In this document: positions 38,304 to 48,132 of the stretch, piece after piece
Layout: each line of letters starts with the position of its first letter
Numbering within the stretch: position 1 is the stretch's first letter
NCBI GenBank assembly: GCA_031291575.1
Contig: JARLIT010000076.1
Coordinates: 410-64,409, forward strand
Length of the DNA: 64,000 bases
DNA from: Ancalomicrobiaceae bacterium
GTDB lineage: Bacteria > Pseudomonadota > Alphaproteobacteria > Rhizobiales > Ancalomicrobiaceae
Direction of reading: 5' to 3'
Made by a program: the position numbers and the translations under genes
Notes under the pieces: model-generated
Seen by the model: the letters and a program-made list of their open reading frames with translations, nothing else
Told to the model about the DNA's origin: nothing
Databases searched by the model: none

Positions 38304-41300
38304 ATGCTCGAGGGTTGGGTCGTCATCGTCGTCGCCCTGCTTTACATCCTGGCGCTGTTCGCCATTGCCTACTATGGCGACAAGGCCAAGCCGCGCATCG
38401 CGCGCGGCGCCAGCCGGCCACTCGTCTATTCGATGACGCTCGGCGTCTACTGCACTTCCTGGACGTTCTTCGGCTCGGTCGGGCTCGCCGCCCACCGCGG
38501 GTTCGATTTCCTCACCATCTACGTCGGCCCGATCCTGATGTTCCTGGTGGCCTTCCCCGTCCTGAAGCGCACCATCCGGCTGGCCAAGGCCGAGCGCATC
38601 ACCTCGATCGCCGACTTCATGGCAGCGCGCTACGGCAAGAGCGAGGTCGTCGCCGCTGTCGTCACGATCATCGCCTTCGTCGGCATCGTGCCCTACATCG
38701 CCCTGCAGCTGAAGGCGGTCTCGACCGAAGTCTCGACGCTGGTCGCGCATTCCGACAGCGTCGGACGACGGCTCCTGGAGCCGAACATCGCCGCCGCGGT
38801 CGCCTTCGCCATGGCGCTGTTCGCCTGCCTGTTCGGCACGCGGCATGTCGACGCCACCGAGCACCAGCGCGGCCTGATGCTGGCCGTGGCAGCGGAATCG
38901 GTCATCAAGATCCTGAGCTTCTCGATCGTCGGCGTGTTCGTCGTCTACTCGGCCTTCGGCGGCTTCTCGGAATTGTTCGCCGCATTCGAAACGACGAGCG
39001 GGCAGCGGATGTTCGCCAAAGCCCCCTCCGGCAGCAGCTGGGTCGTGATGTCGCTATTGTCGTTCTTCGCCATCATCCTGTTGCCGCGGATGTTCCATGT
39101 CACGGTGGTGGAGAACAACACCGAAGACGAACTGAAGCACGCGCGCTGGCTGTTTCCGACCTACCTCGTCGCCATCAACCTGTTCGTCCTGCCGATCGCG
39201 CTCGGCGGCCTGATCCGCTTCGGCGACAGCGTCGATGCCGACACCTTCGTTCTGCGTCTGCCGCATGATGCCGGTCAGGGGCTGGTGACCATCATCGCCT
39301 TCATCGGCGGCCTGTCGGCAGCCTCGGCGATGGTGATCGTCGCCTCGATCGCGCTGTCGCTGATGGTGTGCAACGAACTGGTGGTGCCGCTGATGCTGCG
39401 CGGCCGCTACCCGGACGTGCCGGAACCTGAGAACATCGGCAAGACGCTTCTTTGGATCCGCCGGATCGCCGTGTTCGTCATTCTGGCGCTCGCCTATCTC
39501 TACTATCTCGCCGCCGTCGACGGCGTGGCACTTGCCGATATCGGTCTCGTCGCCTTCGCCGCCATGGCGCAACTGGCGCCGGCTTTCTTCGGCGGGCTGA
39601 TCTGGCGCGACGCCACGGCGCGCGGCGCCATCGCCGGCATGTCGGTCGGTTTCCTCATCTGGCTCTACACGCTGCTGATCCCCTCCTTCGTCGATGCCGG
39701 CTATCTGCCGCACTCCTTCGTCGACGATGGCCCGTTCGGTCTGTGGCTGCTGAAACCCCGGGCGCTGTTCTCCTTCCGCTTCGATCCCTTGGTGCACGGC
39801 GTGTTCTGGAGTCTCGCCGCCAATGTCGTGGCCTTCGTCGCGGTGTCGCTGTCGGCCCGGCCGGAGGCGATCGAGCGGTTGCAGGCCAACATCTTCGTGC
39901 CCTCCGAACTCGCCCCGGCGGCACCGCTGCGCTTCTGGCGGACGGCAGTCACCCTCGCCGACCTGCACTCGACGGTGGCCCGCTATCTCGGCGAGGAGCG
40001 CACGGCACGCGCCTTCGACGAATTCTACCGCTCGCACCGGCTCGTCCGCTCCGACGACCTGCCGGCCGATCCGAGGCTGTTGCGACTGTCGGAACAGCTC
40101 CTGGCCTCGGCGATCGGCGCAGCTTCCTCGCGCCTCGTCCTGTCGCTCCTCGTCAAACGCCGAGACCCCGCGTCGAAAGTGGCGCGCCGGCTCCTCGACG
40201 ACGCCTCCTCCGCCATCCAGTACAACCGCGACCTGTTGCAGACCGCGCTCGACCAGGTCGCGCAGGGTATCGCCGTGTTTGATCGCGAACTGAGGCTGAT
40301 CTGCTGGAACCGGCAGTTCCACCAGGTGATGGCGCTGGCGCCCGAGCAGGCGCAGGCCGGAACGTCGCTCTCCACCATCCTCAGGGCGTCCGCCGAGCGC
40401 GGCGAACTCGGCCCCGGCAATCCCGAGCGCATCGTCAAGGACCGCATCGATCGGCTGGTCTTGATGCCCGTGCCGTTCCAGGAACGCTTCGCTTCCTCCG
40501 GCCGCGTCGTCGAAGTCCGATCCAGCCCGATGCCAGACGGCGGCATCGTCGCCACCTGGACCGACATCACCGAGCGGGTCGAGGCGGCCGATCAATTGGC
40601 GCGGGCCAACGAAACCCTGGAGAAGCGCGTGCGCGAGCGCACCGAGGAGCTGACGCGGCTGAACGAGGCGCTGATCATCGCCAAGCAGGCGGCCGAGGAG
40701 GCCAATATCTCCAAAACCAAGTTTCTGGCGCACGCCGGACACGACATCGCCCAGCCGCTGAACGCCGCCCGGCTGTATGTGGCGAGCCTGTTGGAACAGG
40801 CCGAGGGAGGCCAGTTCTCCGAAACGGCCGGCAACATCGACCAGTCCCTCGACGCGGTCGAGGAGATCATCGGCGCGCTCATCGACATCTCCCGCCTCGA
40901 TGCCGGCGCCTTGAAGCCGGAGTTCACCATCTTCGCCATGGACGACATCCTGAGGCCTCTCCGGATCGAATTCGAACCGATCGCCCGGGAAAAGGGTGTG
41001 GAACTCAAGGTCGTGCACTCCTCCTTGAGCGTCCGCTCCGACAAGCGGCTGTTGAGGCGGCTGGTGCAGAACCTCATCTCCAACGCCATCAAATATACCC
41101 CCGGCGACCGCATCCGGGCGGGGAAGGTGCTGGTCGGCTGTCGGCGCCGGCGCGGGCGACTGGCCATCGAGGTGCTGGATACCGGCCTCGGTATTCCGCT
41201 CGCCAGCCAGCAGACGATCTTCCAGGAATTCGAACGCCTGCCGGAGGGCGCGCGCGTGGCTCGCGGCCTCGGGCTCGGACTGTCGATCGTCGAGCGCATC

Positions 41301-41822
41301 AGCCGTGTCCTCGGCTCGGCGGTCAGGCTCAAGTCCGAACCGGGGCGTGGCTCGAGCTTCACCTTCGACCAGCCGGTCGCCGCCGTCGTGCCCGGCCAGA
41401 CGCAGGAAGCGCAACCGCGCAAGGTGGCGCTCGATCGCTTCGAGGGGATGCTGGTCGTCTGCATCGACAACGATCAGTCCATCCTGTCGGGCATGGAAAA
41501 GTTGATCGGCGGTTGGGGCTGCGACGTCATCCTGGCCCGCGACCACCGCGCGGCGCTGGCCGCTCTCAAGGAGCGTGGCAAGCCGCCGGCGGCGCTTCTC
41601 GTCGACTACCATCTCGACGAGGGCACCGGCATCGAGGCTGTGGTGCAGCTCAGATGGCGCTTCGGCGGCGACTTGCCGGCCCTCCTCATCACCGCCGACC
41701 GCAGCCCGGAAGTGCGCGAACAGGCGCGCGAAAAGGGGCTGATCGTGTTGAACAAGCCGATCCGGCCGGCGGCGTTGAGATCGGCCCTGGCGCAGATCCG
41801 GCATGCCACCGCGGCGGTATAG
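38304..41822 (+). CDS. Hybrid sensor kinase with N-terminal sodium:solute symporter (SLC5) domain, PAS, HisKA/HATPase and C-terminal receiver (CrbS-like)
   Basis: About 500 aa of polytopic SSS-like sequence, then a PAS region, H-box FLAHAGHDIAQPLNAA, the ATPase domain, and a receiver (VVCIDNDQSIL...LLVDYHLDEG). Start is ATG 38304 (MLEGWVVIVV). Confidence 0.85.
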   Translation: MLEGWVVIVVALLYILALFAIAYYGDKAKPRIARGASRPLVYSMTLGVYCTSWTFFGSVGLAAHRGFDFLTIYVGPILMFLVAFPVLKRTIRLAKAERITSIADFMAARYGKSEVVAAVVTIIAFVGIVPYIALQLKAVSTEVSTLVAHSDSVGRRLLEPNIAAAVAFAMALFACLFGTRHVDATEHQRGLMLAVAAESVIKILSFSIVGVFVVYSAFGGFSELFAAFETTSGQRMFAKAPSGSSWVVMSLLSFFAIILLPRMFHVTVVENNTEDELKHARWLFPTYLVAINLFVLPIALGGLIRFGDSVDADTFVLRLPHDAGQGLVTIIAFIGGLSAASAMVIVASIALSLMVCNELVVPLMLRGRYPDVPEPENIGKTLLWIRRIAVFVILALAYLYYLAAVDGVALADIGLVAFAAMAQLAPAFFGGLIWRDATARGAIAGMSVGFLIWLYTLLIPSFVDAGYLPHSFVDDGPFGLWLLKPRALFSFRFDPLVHGVFWSLAANVVAFVAVSLSARPEAIERLQANIFVPSELAPAAPLRFWRTAVTLADLHSTVARYLGEERTARAFDEFYRSHRLVRSDDLPADPRLLRLSEQLLASAIGAASSRLVLSLLVKRRDPASKVARRLLDDASSAIQYNRDLLQTALDQVAQGIAVFDRELRLICWNRQFHQVMALAPEQAQAGTSLSTILRASAERGELGPGNPERIVKDRIDRLVLMPVPFQERFASSGRVVEVRSSPMPDGGIVATWTDITERVEAADQLARANETLEKRVRERTEELTRLNEALIIAKQAAEEANISKTKFLAHAGHDIAQPLNAARLYVASLLEQAEGGQFSETAGNIDQSLDAVEEIIGALIDISRLDAGALKPEFTIFAMDDILRPLRIEFEPIAREKGVELKVVHSSLSVRSDKRLLRRLVQNLISNAIKYTPGDRIRAGKVLVGCRRRRGRLAIEVLDTGLGIPLASQQTIFQEFERLPEGARVARGLGLGLSIVERISRVLGSAVRLKSEPGRGSSFTFDQPVAAVVPGQTQEAQPRKVALDRFEGMLVVCIDNDQSILSGMEKLIGGWGCDVILARDHRAALAALKERGKPPAALLVDYHLDEGTGIEAVVQLRWRFGGDLPALLITADRSPEVREQAREKGLIVLNKPIRPAALRSALAQIRHATAAV

Positions 41823-41953
41823 GGTACGACACCGCCCGCCGACGATCTCGGTCGCCGTCCGGCACCGGGCGGTTCAGCCTGTCTGCCGGTTCGAGGCCGC
41901 AGCGTCACCGGCGCCGCCCCGCGAGGGCAGCGCTCCGCTGCGGGCCCGCTTCG

Positions 41954-42628
41954 TCAGTTCGGCACCGTCAGCGACTGCCACTGTCCGGCTTCGATCTTGG
42001 AGGCGGCGATCACCGCCTGGGTGCGGCTGTCGACGTCGAGCTTCTGCAGGATGGCCGAGACATGCGCCTTGACGGTGGCCTCGGAGACGTCGAGCTCATA
42101 GGCGATCTGCTTGTTCAACAGGCCCTCGCTCAGCATCATCAGGACGCGCACCTGCTGCGGCGTCAACGTCGCCAGTCGTTTGACCAGCGCCGAGGTTTCG
42201 TCGTCGTGGGCGCTCGCCAGATTGACGCCCGGCGGCGTCCAGATGCCACCCGCCATCACCGTCGATAGCGCCTCGTGGATGAGGTTGGTGCCGAGCGACT
42301 TGGAGATGAACCCGGCAGCGCCGAATTCCATGCAGCGGCGGATGGTCGCGGGGTCCTCCGTCGCCGACACGACGACGACCGGCACGCTCGGATGCTGAGC
42401 ACGCAGGTACATCAGGCCGGAGAATCCGCGAACGCCCGGCATGTTGAGATCCAACAGCACGAGGTCGACGTCCTCGCCACGTTCCAACAGGGCCGTGACC
42501 TCATCGAGCGAGCCGGCCTCGGAAATCGTCACGCCCTTGACCATGACCTCTATGGCCTGACGCAGCGCGCCGCGAAACAGAGGATGGTCGTCGGCGATGA
42601 CGAACCGGTAATTCGAATCGATCGACAC
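41954..42628 (-). CDS. NarL/FixJ-family response regulator (REC + LuxR HTH), CrbR-like
   Basis: FVIADDHPLFR, LLDLNMPG, and the HTH LTPQQVRVLMMLSEGLLNKQIAYELDVSEATVKAHVSAILQKL. It is convergent with the hybrid kinase. Confidence 0.85.
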   Translation of the reverse strand: MSIDSNYRFVIADDHPLFRGALRQAIEVMVKGVTISEAGSLDEVTALLERGEDVDLVLLDLNMPGVRGFSGLMYLRAQHPSVPVVVVSATEDPATIRRCMEFGAAGFISKSLGTNLIHEALSTVMAGGIWTPPGVNLASAHDDETSALVKRLATLTPQQVRVLMMLSEGLLNKQIAYELDVSEATVKAHVSAILQKLDVDSRTQAVIAASKIEAGQWQSLTVPN

Positions 42629-43251
42629 TTCGAACTCCTTGAGAAAAATTGAGTTTCCGTCCCTGGTCCGGCGGCGGTCGGAAACTCTTCCGACGAACCC
42701 GCCGTCTTGTTGTTCCCCCGGTCATGCGCGGTGCGGGTCGATCGGCCACACTCCGTCTCAACCGGCTCCATCCTGGAGCCCGCAACCGGCATCGTTCCCG
42801 GCGATGCCGAAAAGACACGTGCAGCTGTCGCTCAGCGCCTGATCTTGCGTGATATGTCCGGCTTCGAACATCACGGAGGGTCATTTGTAATATCGAACGG
42901 TTCCATCCCCCTTGCAAGTCCAAAGCTATTCTTATGCCCGCATGCGTCTCGTGTGGCGGGACGGTTCTCACGTCAGGCCGAGTGCTGCACGGCTACGCAA
43001 TTGAGCATACGAATTTTCATACTAATACGCAGTAGCGGCGGGTATCCCCAGCTTCGACGCGTTCGGCACCGGCGCAATTGCGGTTCGCCAGCCGATCGTT
43101 CATGATCGAGACAGGAAGATTTCGGTAGCCTAGACTGGTTGGCGAAGTGAAGCGGGGACATGCCGCCGGTGTGGCTTGTCGGCTGCGCCGGGCTGTTGGG
43201 CCGCGCCATTGGGTCACGACCGATTGGGATCATGCGCGGGACAATGTATAG

Positions 43252-43752
43252 ATGTTTGATTTGATCGCTACAGGTGGCTTTCAGATCTCTTTGCTGATCG
43301 TCATCGTGCTCGCTGTAGCCGGCGGCATAGCGGTGACGGCCATCCGCCACCGCGGCATCCCGCAGCCGGCAGGGCCGAGTGCGCCGGCCGCCGAGCCGAG
43401 CGCGTTCGTGCCGCGCCCAGGGGCGGGGTCGGCGAGCGGCCCGCTGGCCATCCTCGAATTCGACGAAGATCCCAAGATCGTGTCCGTCGGTCGACCGCGC
43501 GTGATGATCGGTCGGCATTCCGACGACGACATCCGCATCCGTGACGTCACCGTGTCGCGACATCATGCTTTGCTGGAACTGGGTGTCACCGGCGATTTCG
43601 AGATTCACAACCAGACGGCCGGACGCGAGGAGCCGAATCAGTTGCTCATCAACGGCGTCTACAAGGAACACTCGGTGCTCGCCGACGGCGATCTCGTCAC
43701 ACTCGGCGGCGTGACGTTCCGCTTCCGCCGACAGGCGATGCAGTCGGCATGA
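43252..43752 (+). CDS. Membrane-anchored FHA-domain protein
   Basis: One N-terminal TM segment (GFQISLLIVIVLAVAGGIAVTAI), a Pro/Ala linker, and an FHA core (GR..., SRHHA, NG). Confidence 0.8.
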   Translation: MFDLIATGGFQISLLIVIVLAVAGGIAVTAIRHRGIPQPAGPSAPAAEPSAFVPRPGAGSASGPLAILEFDEDPKIVSVGRPRVMIGRHSDDDIRIRDVTVSRHHALLELGVTGDFEIHNQTAGREEPNQLLINGVYKEHSVLADGDLVTLGGVTFRFRRQAMQSA

Positions 43753-43918
43753 GGAGCAGTGCGCAGCAGGTCTGGAACGACCGCTCGGCCGACCGGGCAA
43801 GGCGCTCCGTTTTCACCATCGGGCCCAAGTTGCCTGATGCCTATGGTAAGACTTCGTCGATGCCGACAGCGCCCGGAACGCGCGGCGACGTCGACGGAAT
43901 TCAGGGGGTTTTGGACAC

Positions 43919-44356
43919 ATGACGGGTTCAGGTCCGCGGGACGAAAGCACCCGGGTCGCACGGCATCTGAAGGTCGGCGAGACGGAGCGCGTTGCCGTCG
44001 ATACCGACGATCTCGGCACCTATTTCGTCACGCAGAAATCGAAGCCGCCGTTCGCCAAGCTGGTGATCGTCGGCGGGCCGGGGGCAGGCAATGCACGCCC
44101 CATCTTTCCCGGAACCAATTCCATCGGGCGGGAGGCGTCCAACCGCGTGCCGCTCGATTTCGGCGACGACACGATCTCGCGCAAGCAGCACGCGGTGATC
44201 GTCGTCGACGATCGTGACGGCTCCATGCAGATCCTCGATGGTGGCAAGATCAATCCGATCGTCGTCAACGGCACGGTGGTGACCGGCAAGTCGCCGATCC
44301 GCATCGGCGATACCATCGAGATCGGCACGACGACGGTGCTCGTCGAGGCGCTGTAA
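43919..44356 (+). CDS. Soluble FHA-domain protein
   Basis: SD AGGGGG upstream. FHA core: IGREASNRVPL...ISRKQHAVI...VNG. Confidence 0.8.
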   Translation: MTGSGPRDESTRVARHLKVGETERVAVDTDDLGTYFVTQKSKPPFAKLVIVGGPGAGNARPIFPGTNSIGREASNRVPLDFGDDTISRKQHAVIVVDDRDGSMQILDGGKINPIVVNGTVVTGKSPIRIGDTIEIGTTTVLVEAL

Positions 44357-44402
44357 CGCGTCGCATTCCCGTCGGCCGAGATTCCGCAAAGCGGGTAAGG
44401 GT

Positions 44403-45737
44403 TCAGCTCGATTTCGGCTCGGGCAGCGGACGCGGCTTGACCTGCAGGCCCAACCGCTCGCCGAAGCCGGCGACAATCAGGTTGCACACCGGCATGGTCA
44501 GCGAGGTGGAGACGACGGTCATCACCACCAGCGCGGAAACCGCCGGGGCGCCGAACAGGCCCCGGTCGGCGAAGGCCGAGATGACGACGAGCCCCATCAG
44601 CCCCTTCGTCTGCATCAGGAAACCGATGGCGATGCCCGTCGGCCAGGTTTCGCCCGTCAGCCGTGCGGCCACCGCCGACGACAGGACGCGGCCGCCGACG
44701 CAGGCGGCGAGCCCCAGGACGAAGACCGCCCAGACGGCGTGATCGGTCAGCGAGAACGACGTCTTGAGGCCGATGGAGAGGAAGAAGAACGGCATCAGCA
44801 CCAAGGCCGTCGGGATATCCAGCCGGTCGGCGGCCAAATGCCTGACCCGCTCGGGCAGGAACAGGCCGACGATGAAGGCGCCGAGCATGTGATGCAGGCC
44901 GAAGGTGAGCGTCGTCGCCGAGACGGCAAACAACAGGATCATCACGGCGCTCATGATCACCCGCTCCGGCGTACCGCGATCGACGAGGCGCAACAGCACC
45001 GGTCCGGCGAGAAAGCGCACGAACAGCACCGCGACGACGCCCGAGGCAATGGCCCAGAGCGCGGCATCCGCCCCCTCCCAGCGCCGGCTGCAGAACGGCA
45101 GGATGGCGGCGATGCCGCCCCATAACAGGACTTCGCTCATGCCGGTCGAGGCGAGTGCCAATGCCCCGACCCGCGTCCGGATCAGACCGACGTCGCGGCA
45201 GATGGTGGTCAGCATCGGCAACGCCGAGGCGGCGATGACCAGGCCGAATGCGATGGTGAACAGCGGCACGCCGCCGATTCCGACGGTCGAGGGGAAGGCG
45301 CTGGCGACCGCATGGCCAAAGGCGGCGCCGATCGCCAGCGTGACGAAGAAGCCGCCGAAGCCGACCGCCACGACCGTCGGACCGCCGTCGGCAATCTGAT
45401 CGATGTCGGTCTCGGTGCCGGCCTTGAAACCGAACAGGATGACCGCGAAGGCGGCCAGCGCGTTCACGCCGCCCTGCAGTTCCGCCGAGAACAGCATTCT
45501 GTAGACGTCGGGGGCGACCGCCCCGAAGATCGACGGGCCCAACAGAATACCGGCGAAGATCTGGATGGCGGCGAGCGGAAAGAAGCGGCCGAGCGATAAG
45601 ACGTACCAAAGCGCGAATGGCACAAATAGGACAATCGTGCCCTGCAGGAGGAGCACGGCGGTCGGATCGAGATGCGCAGTGATGACGTTCGACATGTCGG
45701 CTGTTAGGGTTAAATCCACCGGCGGCAACGGTTTCAT
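44403..45737 (-). CDS. Cation:proton antiporter (CPA2 / Na+-H+ exchanger family)
   Basis: Polytopic 444-aa track ORF of the Kef/NapA type. An internal ATG at 45695 (MSNVITAHL) is an alternative start. Confidence 0.8.
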   Translation of the reverse strand: MKPLPPVDLTLTADMSNVITAHLDPTAVLLLQGTIVLFVPFALWYVLSLGRFFPLAAIQIFAGILLGPSIFGAVAPDVYRMLFSAELQGGVNALAAFAVILFGFKAGTETDIDQIADGGPTVVAVGFGGFFVTLAIGAAFGHAVASAFPSTVGIGGVPLFTIAFGLVIAASALPMLTTICRDVGLIRTRVGALALASTGMSEVLLWGGIAAILPFCSRRWEGADAALWAIASGVVAVLFVRFLAGPVLLRLVDRGTPERVIMSAVMILLFAVSATTLTFGLHHMLGAFIVGLFLPERVRHLAADRLDIPTALVLMPFFFLSIGLKTSFSLTDHAVWAVFVLGLAACVGGRVLSSAVAARLTGETWPTGIAIGFLMQTKGLMGLVVISAFADRGLFGAPAVSALVVMTVVSTSLTMPVCNLIVAGFGERLGLQVKPRPLPEPKSS

Positions 45738-45920
45738 ATCGACCGATGAACGTCAACGGACTGCACGAGGCGATCCCCTCCGACACTGCCGATTCGGGAG
45801 GGTAGCGACCGGATCGCCGCAGGTGCCGTTGCCTGTGCCGGCCGGCTCGAAACAGACGCGCCCCCCGCGGAAGGCGAGCGGCGTGTCCGAACAGATGCAT
45901 AGCAGCGAGGATCAAGCCCT

Positions 45921-46892
45921 ATGGCCGTCACCATCGACGCCCGCCTCTTCTCAGACGACGCCATCGCCCCGGAGACCCGGCAGCTCAATGCCGACCTGCT
46001 CGCCAGGATCGAAGCCACCACCGACCCCTGGACATTCGAGCCACGCGAGATCCGCGCCATGCGGGCGCTCGGCATCGGTCCGTTTCCCTTGGCCCCGCGC
46101 TCCGCAAGAGCCGAGACGCAGACCATCGAGGGCCCGCACGGGCCGATCGATCTGAGGATCATCCGTCCGCTTTCGGGCCAGGCGAAGGGCGTCTATCTCT
46201 ACATCCACGGCGGCGGCTGGGTGTGGGGCACCGCCGACGGCAGCGATCCGCGGCTCGAGCACATCGCCGATGTCTGCGGCTATGTCGGCGTTTCGGTCGA
46301 GTACCGACTGGCGCCGGAACATCCCTATCCGAAGGGACCGGACGACTGCGAGGCGGCAGCCCTGTGGCTCGTCCGCGAGGCCAGGGAACGCTTCGGCACG
46401 ACGCATCTGGCAATCGGCGGCGAATCGGCCGGAGCCCATCTCTCCGTCGTCACGCTGTTGCGCTTACGCGACCGGCACGCGCTGACGCCGTTTGCCGGGG
46501 CCAATCTCGTCGCCGGCGTCTACGATCTCAATCTGACCCCGAGCGCCCGGGCGTGGGGCGAGAGCCGGCTCGTCCTCAATACGCGCGACCTCGAGATGTT
46601 CGTCCGCCATTTTCTGTTGCGCGGCGGCTCGACCGCAGATCCCGATATTTCGCCCATCCACGCTAAGCTCGACGGGCTGCCGCCGGCGCTCTTCTCCATC
46701 GGCACGAAAGATTGCCTGCTCGATGATTCCCTGTTCATGGCGGCACGCTGGCAGGCGGCCGGCAACGAAGCCGAGCTCGCCGTCTTTCCCGGCGGCGCCC
46801 ATGTGTTCCAGGGGTTCCCGTCGCGGATCGCAGAGGAAAGCCACCGGCGGATGGACGACTTCTTCATGCGCATCGCGGCGCAGGCGGACTGA
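45921..46892 (+). CDS. Alpha/beta hydrolase, hormone-sensitive-lipase-type esterase
   Basis: HGGGW oxyanion motif and the GESAG nucleophile elbow. Confidence 0.85.
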   Translation: MAVTIDARLFSDDAIAPETRQLNADLLARIEATTDPWTFEPREIRAMRALGIGPFPLAPRSARAETQTIEGPHGPIDLRIIRPLSGQAKGVYLYIHGGGWVWGTADGSDPRLEHIADVCGYVGVSVEYRLAPEHPYPKGPDDCEAAALWLVREARERFGTTHLAIGGESAGAHLSVVTLLRLRDRHALTPFAGANLVAGVYDLNLTPSARAWGESRLVLNTRDLEMFVRHFLLRGGSTADPDISPIHAKLDGLPPALFSIGTKDCLLDDSLFMAARWQAAGNEAELAVFPGGAHVFQGFPSRIAEESHRRMDDFFMRIAAQAD

Positions 46893-47218
46893 ACGAAGCC
46901 GGAGCGGGGGCCGACGGCACCGCCCGCCCTCGGCCTTCGTTGCCGCGACTTGACGGCGTAGTTAAAGTCGCCGGGAGCCCTTGGCTGCTGCGGTCGGCGG
47001 CTGCCACCATGTCGCCGCAAATGCGCGTCACCAACCCTCGTCAACCATTTTGCCCCATTGAACCGGGGCGGCGGGCCAGCTAATACGTCGCTGCGGTTTT
47101 TCGGTTCTTGCCTAACAGCTGGTTACCGGAGGGCGAGTGTTCCGCTGTCGGGCACTCTGCGAACCCGCCGCCGGTGTTCGGCTAGGTGGGGACGATCGAT
47201 AGGTCGGGAAGGACGAAC

Positions 47219-47848
47219 ATGGGATTTCTGAAGGGCTTGGTGAAGCGTCTGTGCATGACGATGGTCACTGCGACGATGACGTTGCCGGGTATGGCCGTCG
47301 GATCCGCCTTGGCGGCCGATAACCCGGCCGATACCTGGGTCAAGATCTGCCAGAAGGACGAGAAGGCCAAGAAGGAACTCTGCCAGACGGCCTTTGAGCT
47401 GAGGACGCCCGACGGGCAGTTCCTCGCCACCTTCATGGTCCTCGAACTGACGGGCGAGGCGCGCCGCATCGCCCGCATGATCGTGCCGACCGGCATGCTG
47501 CTACAGCCCGGCATCAAGGTGCAGATCGACCAGAACAAGGCCGAGGATTCGAAGTACGCCTTCTGCGCCGCTGACGGCTGCATCTCGGAAATGCTGCTGA
47601 CAGACGCCACCTTCGCCGCCATGAAGAAGGGCAAGGCGCTTGTCATCGGCACGACCGGACAGGCGGCCAATCCGGTCAGCTTCTCCTTCGCGCTCGATAC
47701 CTTCAAGTCTGCCAACGAGGGCAAGCCGCTAGAGCCGGATGAGATCAAGAAGCGGGCGGAAGCCATCAAGTCCGACATCCTGCAGAAGCGCAAGACGCTC
47801 GAGGATCAGTTGAAGGACGCTCAGCACAAGGCGCAGCAAGCAGAGTAA
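47219..47848 (+). CDS. Invasion-associated locus B (IalB) family periplasmic protein
   Basis: SD GAAGGA precedes ATG 47219. There is a signal peptide and a WVKICQKDEK...CQTAF... pattern typical of IalB-like proteins. Confidence 0.7.
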   Translation: MGFLKGLVKRLCMTMVTATMTLPGMAVGSALAADNPADTWVKICQKDEKAKKELCQTAFELRTPDGQFLATFMVLELTGEARRIARMIVPTGMLLQPGIKVQIDQNKAEDSKYAFCAADGCISEMLLTDATFAAMKKGKALVIGTTGQAANPVSFSFALDTFKSANEGKPLEPDEIKKRAEAIKSDILQKRKTLEDQLKDAQHKAQQAE

Positions 47849-47874
47849 CCCGTTCCCGATCTGCCGGAGTAGCG

Positions 47875-47996
47875 CTAGCGCATTTTCCGACCGGATTGAA
47901 TCAATCCGGTCGACAAGAAAATGGGCAGATTCAAGATCTTGAGCGTGTTCTAAGCGCTCAGGTCTGATCAACTTGAGCGGAACACGCTCTGGCGCC
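47875..47996 (+). repeat. RIME/REP-like two-hairpin element, copy C (diverged stems)
   Basis: CTAGCGCATTTTCC-GACCGGATT-GAATC-AATCCGGTC-...AGATTCAAGATCTTGAGCGTGT followed by a second hairpin. It has the same architecture as copy A with different but self-complementary stems. Confidence 0.75.
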
Positions 47997-48132
47997 GCTG
48001 CTGCGGATTGCACCGACTGAGATTTTGCGGGCGCGGTGATGGAGATCCATCGCCGCGCCCGTCGCATGTCTGCCGTCCCGAGGAGCGCCTCGACGCGCCG
48101 GTCGACGCGGACCGCGTGGCGACGCGCCAAGC

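Noticed and set aside
39054-41804. 916-aa minus-strand ORF. Similar very long ORFs include 8963..11185, 14990..16765, 17174..18712, 967..2268, 27208..28860 and 44020..45915.
   Set aside because: All lie antisense to or out of frame with genes that have clear family motifs. Their products are Arg/Gly/Asp/Pro-rich low-complexity strings without motifs, which is the usual open-frame artefact of high-GC coding DNA.
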